A DNA stretch of 64,000 nucleotides from an uncultured bacterium. Its GTDB lineage: Bacteria > Patescibacteriota > Kazan-3B-28. The DNA is taken from NCBI GenBank assembly GCA_963695435.1, contig OY968788.1, positions 477,456-541,455 of the forward strand. Reading direction: 5' to 3'. Below the pieces are notes generated by a model. The model saw only the letters and a list, made by a program, of their open reading frames with translations. It ran no database searches and was not told where the DNA came from. Shown piece after piece: positions 21,014 to 29,619 of the stretch (the first letter of the stretch is position 1; each line of letters starts with the position of its first letter). Position numbers and translations under genes: made by a program.

Positions 21014-21029
21014 TTTGCCCTACATAACT

Positions 21030-21058
21030 TATAACGGATTCGACCTGTTTTTTGTGAC
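21030..21058 (-). promoter_or_regulatory. Candidate ECF autoregulatory promoter
   Basis: GTCAC-N17-CGTTATA directly upstream of the sigma gene. Confidence 0.45.
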
Positions 21059-21180
21059 ACATTGTGCCAAAAACCAGCTCTGGGAGCATATAATCAGTAG
21101 TTGACTTGTGAGTATTATTCACCGTCAGTTTTACCTCAAATTTTACCTATGGATTATACCCTGATTCCCCCGAGAAAAGC

Positions 21181-21208
21181 AATACCCCGCCGAGAGGGGC
21201 GGGGTATT
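21181..21208. terminator. Intrinsic terminator hairpin
   Basis: AATACCCCGCC...GGCGGGGTATT. Confidence 0.7.
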
Positions 21209-21376
21209 TGATTTTGCTTGTAATTACATCGTATGGATTGGCCAGTTGGGCATAGGGTCATCTTTGTCGGGAATACCGTCGTGGTCAGAATCGGTCAAGC
21301 TAGGATTAGCATCACCATTGGAGTCCCGAGGAATGATGAACTCCAAAGCAAGTTTGATTGGTGCCGAGCTATTTAG

Positions 21377-22225
21377 TCATTCAGTGACGGTGTTGGCCTG
21401 ACCATTGCGATTCTGGGTTTGGGTCTCGGTTTGGGTTTGAACTCCCGTACCTTGACCGGCACCACTTGGGCTAAGCGCACCTTCGCCGAATTCATTTCTG
21501 ATTTCATTGCGAATCTGCTCCATTTCTTGCTGGTTTTCCTGTGTCCACTGTTGAATACGTTGGCGGATTGGATTGCCAGTACCAGAATATGGCTGGGATT
21601 CGACTGTTTCCAGCCGAGCTTGCCGACGTGCTTCCACCGTTTCAAGGTGAGTAATCACTTTTTGATAAGCGGTCTTTTGGGCTTCTTCGGTAGCAGTACC
21701 AAGCTTTTCTTCAAAACGAGCTTGAACCTCGTTTATCTTGGCGATGCTTTCGCTCAACCGAGTGATTGCTTCCTGATGACGCTCTTCCCAACGCTCTTTA
21801 AGTTTGGCTTCGAGCTGGGCGGGGTCGGTTTGGCGAATTTTTGCTAATTCCGCTAACCGCTCTTCGGAAAAACGAGCCATAAGACGGGCTTTTCCTTCGG
21901 TGTTACTGGTCATTCTTTCCTGTACCCGCTCCATCCATTGGTCAACTGCATAAAGCGAGTCGCCGGGAGCAGCGGTGTTGGCCATTGCGGCTGTTCCGCC
22001 ACCAAGGGCAAGAACTGCAGCAATGATGATTGGTATGATTGGCATTGCGAACCTCCTAGGATAAAAAATATGACTGATACGATGATTATTGTTCCGATAT
22101 GCTCTGGATTTTATTACATCTAAAAGTTCAAACCGCAAGGCGGTTTTTTCGCCTGCGGATAGAGTAAAACGCTCCCCCGCTTCGCGGATTAGCTCTTGAA
22201 TCTGTTTATCGGATAATCTGGTCAT
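21377..22225 (-). CDS. DUF5667 membrane/coiled-coil protein, putative anti-sigma factor
   Basis: TM followed by AAPGDSLYAVDQWMERVQ and FSEERLAEL. Follows an ECF sigma gene. Confidence 0.8.
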   Translation of the reverse strand: MTRLSDKQIQELIREAGERFTLSAGEKTALRFELLDVIKSRAYRNNNHRISHIFYPRRFAMPIIPIIIAAVLALGGGTAAMANTAAPGDSLYAVDQWMERVQERMTSNTEGKARLMARFSEERLAELAKIRQTDPAQLEAKLKERWEERHQEAITRLSESIAKINEVQARFEEKLGTATEEAQKTAYQKVITHLETVEARRQARLETVESQPYSGTGNPIRQRIQQWTQENQQEMEQIRNEIRNEFGEGALSPSGAGQGTGVQTQTETQTQNRNGQANTVTE

Positions 22226-22315
22226 GGAAGTGAATTGTGAATTATGAATAACGAATTATGGAGAGGGATATAAGGGGAACCAGTTGATTGTCGCGCCCTG
22301 TCATACAGCCATGAT

Positions 22316-22846
22316 TCATGATTCTCCATTCATGATTCTCCTCATTTTGTCTAATCCTCTTTTGACGATTACTCGGACGGAATTTTCGGTTTTTCCGGTC
22401 AATTCGGCGATTTCAGAATATTCCAGCTCGTCGAGAAAACGGAATTTGAGAATCGTTTGGTACAGCTCGGGGAGGCGGTTTAGCTCGGCAACAACGATAT
22501 CCATATCTGATTTTGTCTCCGCTTCTGCCTGTATGTCCGTTTTTCCAGCCAAATCTGTTACAGCATCCAAACTGGCGGTAGTTTTGTGAGAGCGGTAAAA
22601 ATCTATGAGGGTGTAGCGGGCAATCGAGAAAATCCAAGTTTTGAAGCTCCTTTTGCCGTCGTATCTCTTAATCCCCTCCCACGCCTCAAGAAAAACTTGG
22701 CTGGTCAAATCTTGGGCGTCTTCTTTACTCTGCAATCTGAAAGCGAGGAATTTGTAGATGGAGTCGGCGAGAATATCAAAAATCTGGGCATACGCCTCCG
22801 CATCTCCGTTTTTCGCCTTGATTGCTAAATTATTTAGAATAATCAT
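22316..22846 (-). CDS. ECF sigma-70 factor
   Basis: AQDLTSQVFLEAW, FKTWIFSIAR and LPELYQTILKFRF...YSEIAELTGK. Confidence 0.93.
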   Translation of the reverse strand: MIILNNLAIKAKNGDAEAYAQIFDILADSIYKFLAFRLQSKEDAQDLTSQVFLEAWEGIKRYDGKRSFKTWIFSIARYTLIDFYRSHKTTASLDAVTDLAGKTDIQAEAETKSDMDIVVAELNRLPELYQTILKFRFLDELEYSEIAELTGKTENSVRVIVKRGLDKMRRIMNGES

Positions 22847-22957
22847 CCCGTTAGAAATAAGAAACCTAGCGTTTCTGTACCGAAATTAGTTGTATAAGTG
22901 TTATTTTCATTGATTATTGTTGATTTACTCTCTGATGGAGATGTCGTTAGGTGATTT

Positions 22958-24163
22958 CTAACGGGATAAATTCTTTATAGCCCCTTTTATGACTCCCCCG
23001 CCCAAACAAGTTTGCTTATCATAAATAACCAAAGATTGGCCCGGAGTCAAGGCGCGTTGAGGTTTGTCGAAGATGAATTGCCAATATTTATTCTTCTGAA
23101 TCAGCTTCCCAGAGTAGATATCAGGACCATAACGGGGCTTGGCACTTAGGGATTTAGCGGGTAAGCGGGTAAGCGGGTTAGCCGAAGGTGTTATTTTTTT
23201 GTTTTTTGTTTTACTGACCTGCTGACCTGCTGACCTGCTGACCTGCTGGATAAGGTGGAGATTTTCTAGAATTACTCCTTTGGCGTAGGTAGCGGAATCA
23301 GGCCCGACAATGACCAGATTTTTCTTTATATCCGTAGCGACAACATAAAGCGGTTCGGGCTGACCCGCTAAACCAGCGATTCGGCGCTGACCGATAGTGT
23401 AAAACCAAGAACCTTCATGTTCGCCCAGTATTTTCCCTTTTTGGTTGACAATTTTACCTTTTTTGGGCTTGATGACGGTTTTCAGAAATTTTTTTACATC
23501 AATTTGACCGATAAAACATATTCCCTGACTGTCTTTTTTGGTAGCAGTTGGGAGTTTAAACTTTTTGGCGAGTGCTCTGACCTTTGATTTTGGATACTGA
23601 CCGACAGGAAAAAGAGTTTTCGAAAGCTGTTCTTGGGTTAGGTTATAGAGAAAATAGGTCTGGTCCTTGATGGGGTCGTTGCCCTTCAGGAGTCGATAAT
23701 TGACTGTACCGCCCTTCGCTAAAGCTACGGAGCGGTCTTCAGGGTTTCGCTTTGATGGAAGCTCAACCCTTCGAGCATAATGGCCGGTAGCGATAAAATC
23801 CGCTCCCAGAGCTAAACATTTTTTCAAAAATAGGTCGAATTTAACTTCTTTGTTGCACATCACATCGGGATTTGGCGTTCGACCTGCTTTGTATTCGGCA
23901 AAAAAGTAATCTAGAACTCGTTTTTTGTATTCTTTTTCAAAATTGAAGGTGTAATAGGGGATGTCTAGGCGTTGGCAGACAGCGCGAACATCCGCAAAAT
24001 CCTCTTCGGAAGTGCAAAATCCGCCCGGAACATCATCTGACCAGTTTTTCATGAAAACACCGACTATGTTGTAGCCTTCTTTCTTCAGTAATGCGGCAGC
24101 AACAGAGGAGTCCACTCCCCCGCTCATCGCCACAAAAACAGTTGGTTTTTCGCTTTTTGTCAT
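22958..24163 (-). CDS. mnmA: tRNA 2-thiouridylase MnmA with two repeat-derived in-frame insertions
   Basis: AMSGGVDSS, TPNPDVMCN, ATGHYA, KDQTYFL, DSQGICF and TPGQS motifs. Confidence 0.97.
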   Translation of the reverse strand: MTKSEKPTVFVAMSGGVDSSVAAALLKKEGYNIVGVFMKNWSDDVPGGFCTSEEDFADVRAVCQRLDIPYYTFNFEKEYKKRVLDYFFAEYKAGRTPNPDVMCNKEVKFDLFLKKCLALGADFIATGHYARRVELPSKRNPEDRSVALAKGGTVNYRLLKGNDPIKDQTYFLYNLTQEQLSKTLFPVGQYPKSKVRALAKKFKLPTATKKDSQGICFIGQIDVKKFLKTVIKPKKGKIVNQKGKILGEHEGSWFYTIGQRRIAGLAGQPEPLYVVATDIKKNLVIVGPDSATYAKGVILENLHLIQQVSRSAGQQVSKTKNKKITPSANPLTRLPAKSLSAKPRYGPDIYSGKLIQKNKYWQFIFDKPQRALTPGQSLVIYDKQTCLGGGVIKGAIKNLSR

Positions 24164-24237
24164 TCTGAACGTAGTGAAGAATCTATGAAGATATTATAGA
24201 TCCTTCGTCCTGCTGTACAGCAGGACTCGAGGATGAC
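24159..24237. repeat. GTCAT...ATGAC REP doublet overlapping the mnmA start codon
   Basis: GTCATTCTGAACGTAGTGAAGAATCT...AGATCCTTCG...GAGGATGAC. Confidence 0.8.
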
Positions 24238-24278
24238 CCTCCTTCGCTTCACTACGGACGGGCAGGCAGAAACGAGAA

Positions 24279-24307
24279 GGCGGTCGTCCGAAAATCGGAC
24301 GACCGCC
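24279..24307 (-). terminator. Terminator hairpin after the 99-aa ORF
   Basis: GGCGGTCGTCCGA-AAA-TCGGACGACCGCC, a perfect 13-bp stem. Confidence 0.65.
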
Positions 24308-24341
24308 AAGATGGAATTCTACTTAGAATCTTGAAGGTGGC

Positions 24342-24641
24342 TCAAAGGGGCTGGTGTTTGACACCTCTGCGCAAACAGGCCTTACCGTCCAGAACTGGTA
24401 GACCATCGGTAGAAATTTGCAACCTTTGATGCACGGCTGCTAACTCTCTACAACGCCAGCATAAGGGGATTTCTCGACGAAGACCAGTCTTGCCGTACAG
24501 GTAGCTGTGATTTAGTTCAACCACATCAACCGTCACAAGACTGATTTGATCGGTACTGGGACAGCATGAACAAAGCACTTCTTCAAGACTATGACAAGGT
24601 TCGCGGCCGTCCTCAGTTCGGCCAGTAGTAGAATTACCCAT
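24342..24641 (-). CDS. Small Cys-rich (CxxC...CxxC) hypothetical protein
   Basis: AAAGGAGG RBS, CSCC and CWRC motifs, and its own terminator. Confidence 0.6.
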   Translation of the reverse strand: MGNSTTGRTEDGREPCHSLEEVLCSCCPSTDQISLVTVDVVELNHSYLYGKTGLRREIPLCWRCRELAAVHQRLQISTDGLPVLDGKACLRRGVKHQPL

Positions 24642-24759
24642 TGGTATCCTCCTTTACAGCAAGGTACTAGCCGGCTTGAGAATTACCGGTATCAAAGCTC
24701 AAATCTGGAACGCAATAATGCAGTCCCCCACTAGATTTTGAGGCCTGACACCGAAAATT

Positions 24760-25314
24760 CTACCACCATTTCCACCAAGAGGATTTCTTGGGTTGTTCGG
24801 GTGGGAAAAGGAGAAGTTTTAAGTGATCTAACTCGGCTTTCAGACTTCCCCGCAGGTCTTCTCTGACCTCGCGGCGAAGTGAATGGAGTTCAGAACCTAG
24901 AGAGTTGAGAGCAAAAATCAGCTTTTGCTTGTATTCTTCGTCTGCTTCCTTCTCCTGTTGAGTCATTATTGCTTTTGTGGCGACACTCTCCCCTGCCATT
25001 CCGCCGATTTCACCTTTGTTGGCAAGCATGTGTTTGACCCCATCCACAGTGAACATTCCCGACTCCAACAGGTATTTGATGCGTTCCAACACGGTAACAT
25101 CCGCCTCGGTAAAGAGACGGTGATTGTACTGATTCCGATAATTGGAGAGGAATTCGCCAAACCGCTTCTCCCAGTTCCGCATCGTGCTCTCGTTCACATT
25201 CAGGAACTTGGCTACTTCGGTCAGAGAATAAGATTGAACCGAAGAAGCGGGTGTGGACAAATCGGCTGGGTTAGCCGAGGTTGTTGGTTCTGCTTGAGCG
25301 GTTTCGATGTCCAT
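24760..25314 (-). CDS. MerR-type winged-HTH protein with a coiled coil and Trp/Lys-rich C-terminal tail
   Basis: YSLTEVAKFLNVNESTMRNWEKRF...NHRLFTEADV, heptads LNSLGSELHSLRREV, and C-terminus KKSSWWKWW. Confidence 0.9.
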   Translation of the reverse strand: MDIETAQAEPTTSANPADLSTPASSVQSYSLTEVAKFLNVNESTMRNWEKRFGEFLSNYRNQYNHRLFTEADVTVLERIKYLLESGMFTVDGVKHMLANKGEIGGMAGESVATKAIMTQQEKEADEEYKQKLIFALNSLGSELHSLRREVREDLRGSLKAELDHLKLLLFPPEQPKKSSWWKWW

Positions 25315-25340
25315 AAATTGATTCTAGTATATTTTTACGA

Positions 25341-25893
25341 CCGCAACAACGTTGAGGCGGAGCGCAACGACGTTGTAGGTCCCCCACTTTTTTTCGCCGT
25401 AGTGGCGAAAAGCTTGGGCGCAACGACATTGCGGTCGGCACTTACGCGGTGGCGTAAAAAAAAATAAAAATTGCGATGATGATTGCTAGTGTAAGCATAT
25501 AACAGTCCCCTACCGCAACGTTGCGGCGGAGCGCAACAACGTTGCAGGTGTGTTATAACAACATTGTACCAGCGACCGCAACGACGTTGCAACCCCCTTC
25601 TTTTTTGGTGTGTCAATTTTGTGCCGTTCGAGACGCCTATATATAAATATATAATATAGTAGCTGGTTTCTTGGAGTGGCTCGACCGCAACAACATTGTT
25701 GCGGTAGGTGGGTACGACCGCAACGGTGTTGCGGTTGACCGCAACCGTCATGTTGCGGCGGAGTGTTTTGACATGGCGGTGATAAAAATGTTGTAATAGC
25801 GGTTTTTTAATGTGGATAAAAATAAAGTTGGCTCTGCTACTATATTATTAACCTACCGCAACGTTGCGGTAGGTGACCGCAACAACGTTGTAA
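25341..25893. repeat. Array of 12 CCGCAAC-N0/3/6-GTTGCGG palindromes (centromere/operator-like)
   Basis: Copies start at about 25341, 25362, 25418, 25513, 25531, 25553 (degenerate), 25576, 25685, 25718, 25739, 25856 and 25877. Confidence 0.9.
25811..25819. promoter_or_regulatory. Consensus DnaA box inside the palindrome array
   Basis: TGTGGATAA. Confidence 0.45.
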
Positions 25894-25976
25894 CATCTTG
25901 AAGGATGGTATTTTTTATGGTGTAGTGGAATTTGTGCTAATTTTTTGTTATTTTGTTTAGTTTTTTATTCTTTTTT

Positions 25977-26252
25977 GTCATGCTCGAGCCTGTCTGCCGG
26001 TAGGCGGGCAGAGCGAAGCATCTATAACGATGTTTCTTTTTATGTTTCCGAGCGCCGAATCACGCTCGACCGATTGTTACTTTGTCTTGCCAAAGTAACC
26101 AAAGCGTCCCGCCAGTCGTCCTCGCTACTCATCTGATAAAATTGGCTTTCTGCCTATCGCTGAATTCGCTTCGCTCAAACAGCAGCTTCGGCAGCGCCAA
26201 TTTTATTGATTCGGAACACTCGGACTCCAATGGCGGAGAGAAGAAAGGACGC
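25977..26252. repeat. Structured ~250-bp dispersed repeat, copy 2
   Basis: Homologous to 318-570 with compensatory changes. Confidence 0.85.
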
Positions 26253-26370
26253 AATTTGCTCGATGGGTGTTGAAGATAGGGGAAGAGGGAGTTCCTTGAC
26301 AGCAAGTAGTTTTCAGCTTAAATAGGAGATGTCCGTGATAGGTAAGTATCTTAATTTTAGGGGGTGCAAG

Positions 26371-26694
26371 ATGCCCGAAGAACCCGAGCATCCTAAGTGT
26401 CCTTTTTACGGCTTCGGTCTATTCAGCTCACCGAGTGGTACCGACGGGATACTGATGAACACTCAGGGAAATCAGTGCGCTGTCGTCGTCTCTTCGCTTC
26501 ACCCTTGCGACATGGAGATGTCTGGATTAAAACCAGATTGGCATAGCTGTCCTGTCAATGCCAAATGTGGGGAGTCTATACTCGAGAGAATGAAGAGCTT
26601 CCGCGTTATCCCGCCAGATTATGGCAGTCCTCAAGGACTCTACGTCGGCATTTCATTCGAGAGCTGGAAGCAGATAGTGCTCGATCTCGACTAA
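26371..26694 (+). CDS. Small Cys-rich hypothetical protein
   Basis: AGGGGG RBS before MPEEPEHPKCPFYGF, five Cys, and a GACCC..GGGTC+T terminator at ~26731. Confidence 0.6.
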   Translation: MPEEPEHPKCPFYGFGLFSSPSGTDGILMNTQGNQCAVVVSSLHPCDMEMSGLKPDWHSCPVNAKCGESILERMKSFRVIPPDYGSPQGLYVGISFESWKQIVLDLD

Positions 26695-26990
26695 ATTCTA
26701 TCCTCATGTCGGTTGGATGCCGACCGTCAGACCCACGATACGGGTCGTTTTTTATTTTTCAATGCTCCAATGGCGGACAGGGGAGACCGAGATTTTACTC
26801 CCTGGCCGGGCAGGCAATTGATTGCATTCCTCCTCCTATGGCAGGAAGAAGAGACAACGCTATCCATACCGGTCAATTTTGCGACCAACAATCCCTATTT
26901 GCTCAATGGGTGCAGAAAACAGGGTAAAGAGGGGATTTTTAGATGCTAGTCGCTGGGTACTAGATGCTAAATCGTGGGGGATTTGGGTAT

Positions 26991-27021
26991 AAAAAGAGCG
27001 CTCACCCCGAAGGATGAGCGC
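26991..27021 (-). terminator. Intrinsic terminator with cUUCGg loop
   Basis: Minus strand GCGCTCATCC-TTCG-GGGTGAGCGC-TCTTTTT. Confidence 0.85.
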
Positions 27022-27540
27022 AACGAACCGGTCACGAATGCGTGTGAGCTTATTGTGAGGAAGGCCACACGCCGACTGAAAAGAAGCAAGACGGGTCGGA
27101 ATGAAGCTTCAGGGATGGGCACAAGACCGATAGAAGGTATCGGCTGAAGCTGTTTCCGGAAGCCCGTATAGGTACAACACCCAGACAGACAATGCTCTGG
27201 CGAATGGATGGGTGTTGTGGCGGTAAAGTAAGAGCTCCACAGCGAACGAGGCGAGTGTAGCTGGGACGAAAGGGTAGCTTACTAAGGCCTACATCGCCTC
27301 GTTCGCTGCTGCTCCGGGGGAAACATCCACCGAAGCCTAAACGAAACATAGCGACAACCCACGTAACGTAACCTTCTGTATCCCTGGCGGCTGGTCAGAC
27401 CAGCCTGCATATATTGAAAACTGTCTCGTCCTCTTCTGGAAGCTGGGAGAGAAACTCGATCCCGTAAATCGAACTCTCCCTCCTTTGTTAAAGGAACAAA
27501 AAAGGGATTATCAAAGTTCTCGGGAACGCTGGCTGCTCGT
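26991..27540 (-). ncRNA. Putative large structured ncRNA (~550 nt), family unknown
   Basis: Many nested stems whose G-U pairs favour the minus strand, a terminator, a boxA-like 5' motif, and no credible ORF. Confidence 0.6.
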
Positions 27541-27610
27541 AGATTTATTACAACACAGAAAAGATGAATTATGAATAATGAATTATGAATTACGGGCGAA
27601 ATAGGGGATA

Positions 27611-27701
27611 CCGTAATGTTGCGGTGGAGCGCAACACCGTTGCGGTACTCGATTGTTTTTCTGCTTCCAGAGCCAAAAGTACGACCGCAACATCGTTGCG
27701 G
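27611..27701. repeat. Second cluster (3 copies) of CCGCAAC-Nx-GTTGCGG palindromes
   Basis: Copies at 27611, 27629 and 27685 (CGACCGCAACATCGTTGCGGTCG). Confidence 0.85.
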
Positions 27702-27713
27702 TCGGGTTTTTGA

Positions 27714-27792
27714 TGTCATCCTCGAGGTCGCCATGGCGACTGAAGGATCTATGGAAAAATCTTCATAGATTCTTCACTTCGTTCAGAATGAC
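27714..27792. repeat. GTCAT...ATGAC REP doublet
   Basis: GTCATCCTCGAGG...GAAGGATCT...AGATTCTTCACTTCGTTCAGAATGAC. Confidence 0.8.
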
Positions 27793-27800
27793 TGGCTAAT

Positions 27801-28259
27801 TTATTCGCCAGCTAGCTCTGGGAACCAGAGTTTTATTTCGGCGGCAGCGGTTTCCGGTGCATCGGATGCATGGATTAGATTTTTTACCGCTCTATCAGTG
27901 CTGTCTGCTTTTTCGTAAGTTTCTTCCTTATCACCCAGATCGTAGCGGATTGTCCCTACTTCGGCTTGGGAGGGGATGGTAACACCAACGATACGACGAA
28001 CTTCTGCAATAGCATTTTCCCCCTCGATTATCATTGCTAACACCGGGCCAGTTGAAAGATATCTAACCATTCGGTTCTTGATGGCTTCTCCTTTTCGGAT
28101 GCCAAGATCAGCGTAGTGGTCGCTGGCAAAGACTTCGTCCACTTCCATCTCTTTCTCTGCAACAATTTTCAGACCGGTCGCAGTTAGACGATTTTTGATT
28201 TCATCTTGCAACCCTCGCTCAACAGCATCGGGCTTCAGCACGACTAAAGTTTTTTCCAT
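27801..28259 (-). CDS. ndk: Nucleoside diphosphate kinase
   Basis: EKTLVVLKPDAV, GTIRYD and NLIHASD. AAGGAG RBS before MEKT. Confidence 0.96.
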   Translation of the reverse strand: MEKTLVVLKPDAVERGLQDEIKNRLTATGLKIVAEKEMEVDEVFASDHYADLGIRKGEAIKNRMVRYLSTGPVLAMIIEGENAIAEVRRIVGVTIPSQAEVGTIRYDLGDKEETYEKADSTDRAVKNLIHASDAPETAAAEIKLWFPELAGE

Positions 28260-28269
28260 AAGATTCTCC

Positions 28270-29541
28270 TTATAGCTGATATGCCTTTTTGATTTTGGCG
28301 TCAGATTGGTAGGGACCAATTATTGTGAGGCAGAGTCGTTCGTCTTTGAAAATTTTCTTAGCCAAAGACATGATTTGCTTGGCGGTCACTTTTCTGATTT
28401 TTTGGCGGATAGAATCAATCGTTTCGGTTTTATCGTGCAAAAGCTCCTGAACACCAAAGGAATAGGCGACTTCATCGGAATCTTCCATCTCAAGCACTAG
28501 CCCGCCGGTCAGGTATTCTTTTGCTTTAGCTAGTTCTTTGGCAGGAACTAGTTTCTGGGAAATCTCCCGAAATTCTCCAAGAATAGTCTTGATAGCCAAA
28601 TCAATTCGTTTTACATCAACACCTGCACTTGCAACAAAGTATCCTGCATCAATGTAGTTTGAAGACGAGGCGCGGACATAATATGCCAACCCAAGCTGTT
28701 CGCGAACAGAAGTGAACAGGCGTGAGCTCATTCCGCCGCCCAGAATCGACGCCAGCACTTTGCCGACATATTTATCAGGGTGATTGGCGCCAAAAGTCGG
28801 AACACCGACAATCAAATGCGCTTGTTCGGTTTTTTTGTAAGAAACTAATATTTTTTTCTTCGGGGTAGATTGCCGGTAGGGGAGCGGTTGGTTCTTTTTG
28901 GTGTTCCTAGGATACGGCAAATATTTTTTTACCAATTGCTCGACTTTTGCCGTGGTGGTATTACCCGCTACCGATACGACAATGTTTGAAGGAGTGTAAA
29001 GCCGTTTGCGGTAATCGAAAAAGTCGGACTGCTTTGCCTTCTTGATAACTGTCGGCAAACCAATTGTGGACCAGCCCAATGGGTGGTCGCCTAAAAGTTG
29101 TCTTTCAAACACATCCCAGATTTTGCGCTGGGGGCTGTCTTCGTACATGTTGTATTCTTCCAAGATTACGCCTCGTTCACGCTCCAGCCCTTCGGCATCA
29201 AATTTGGCATTGAGAAGCATATCTGACAAAACATCAAAGGCGACTTCAATCTTATTTTTCTCGACTTTTACGAAATAACCGACATATTCGTCGCTGGTAA
29301 AAGCGTTGAAAATTCCGCCGATGGCATCAATAGCTTCCGCCACTGAATGGGAGGTGGGATAGCGTTCGCCACCCTTGAAAAACATATGTTCAAGGAAGTG
29401 AGCGAGTCCGTTGATATCCCGAGTTTCGTAGCGGGAACCAGCGCGTACCAAAATCATTACCGTAACAGCTTCGGTGGATTTCATCGGCATCACAAGGATG
29501 CGAAGTTTGTTAGCTAGAGTAGTTTTTTTGATATCAATCAT
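28270..29541 (-). CDS. M16 family (pitrilysin-like) zinc peptidase
   Basis: GLAHFLEHMFFKG and LGGGMSSRLF. Confidence 0.95.
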   Translation of the reverse strand: MIDIKKTTLANKLRILVMPMKSTEAVTVMILVRAGSRYETRDINGLAHFLEHMFFKGGERYPTSHSVAEAIDAIGGIFNAFTSDEYVGYFVKVEKNKIEVAFDVLSDMLLNAKFDAEGLERERGVILEEYNMYEDSPQRKIWDVFERQLLGDHPLGWSTIGLPTVIKKAKQSDFFDYRKRLYTPSNIVVSVAGNTTTAKVEQLVKKYLPYPRNTKKNQPLPYRQSTPKKKILVSYKKTEQAHLIVGVPTFGANHPDKYVGKVLASILGGGMSSRLFTSVREQLGLAYYVRASSSNYIDAGYFVASAGVDVKRIDLAIKTILGEFREISQKLVPAKELAKAKEYLTGGLVLEMEDSDEVAYSFGVQELLHDKTETIDSIRQKIRKVTAKQIMSLAKKIFKDERLCLTIIGPYQSDAKIKKAYQL

Positions 29542-29619
29542 GGGGGTAGAGTTTAGAGATGAGAGATGAGAGATGAGAGCGAAAAAGACTCTACTCTCTA
29601 TTCTCTACTCTCTGTTTAC

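Noticed and set aside
21377-21379. Genetic code 25 (UGA=Gly)
   Set aside because: Long conserved genes are intact under code 11, and TGA acts as a stop in ATGA-coupled genes.
25335-25751. 138-aa ORF and its antisense ORFs
   Set aside because: Translations of the palindrome array. They stay open because spacers are multiples of 3, and they lack protein-like composition.
25341-25893. CRISPR or TIGR-like guide array
   Set aside because: Units are short, irregularly spaced palindromes with no constant repeat-spacer period. No cas or Nop-domain gene is present.
25321-25945. oriC
   Set aside because: Only one DnaA box and no dnaA/dnaN nearby. It cannot be excluded without whole-genome skew, but it is unsupported.
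27020-27560. RNase P RNA on the plus strand (GAGGAAGGCC..., CCACAG)
   Set aside because: P4 and the other conserved regions do not match. G-U pairs and the terminator indicate the minus strand.
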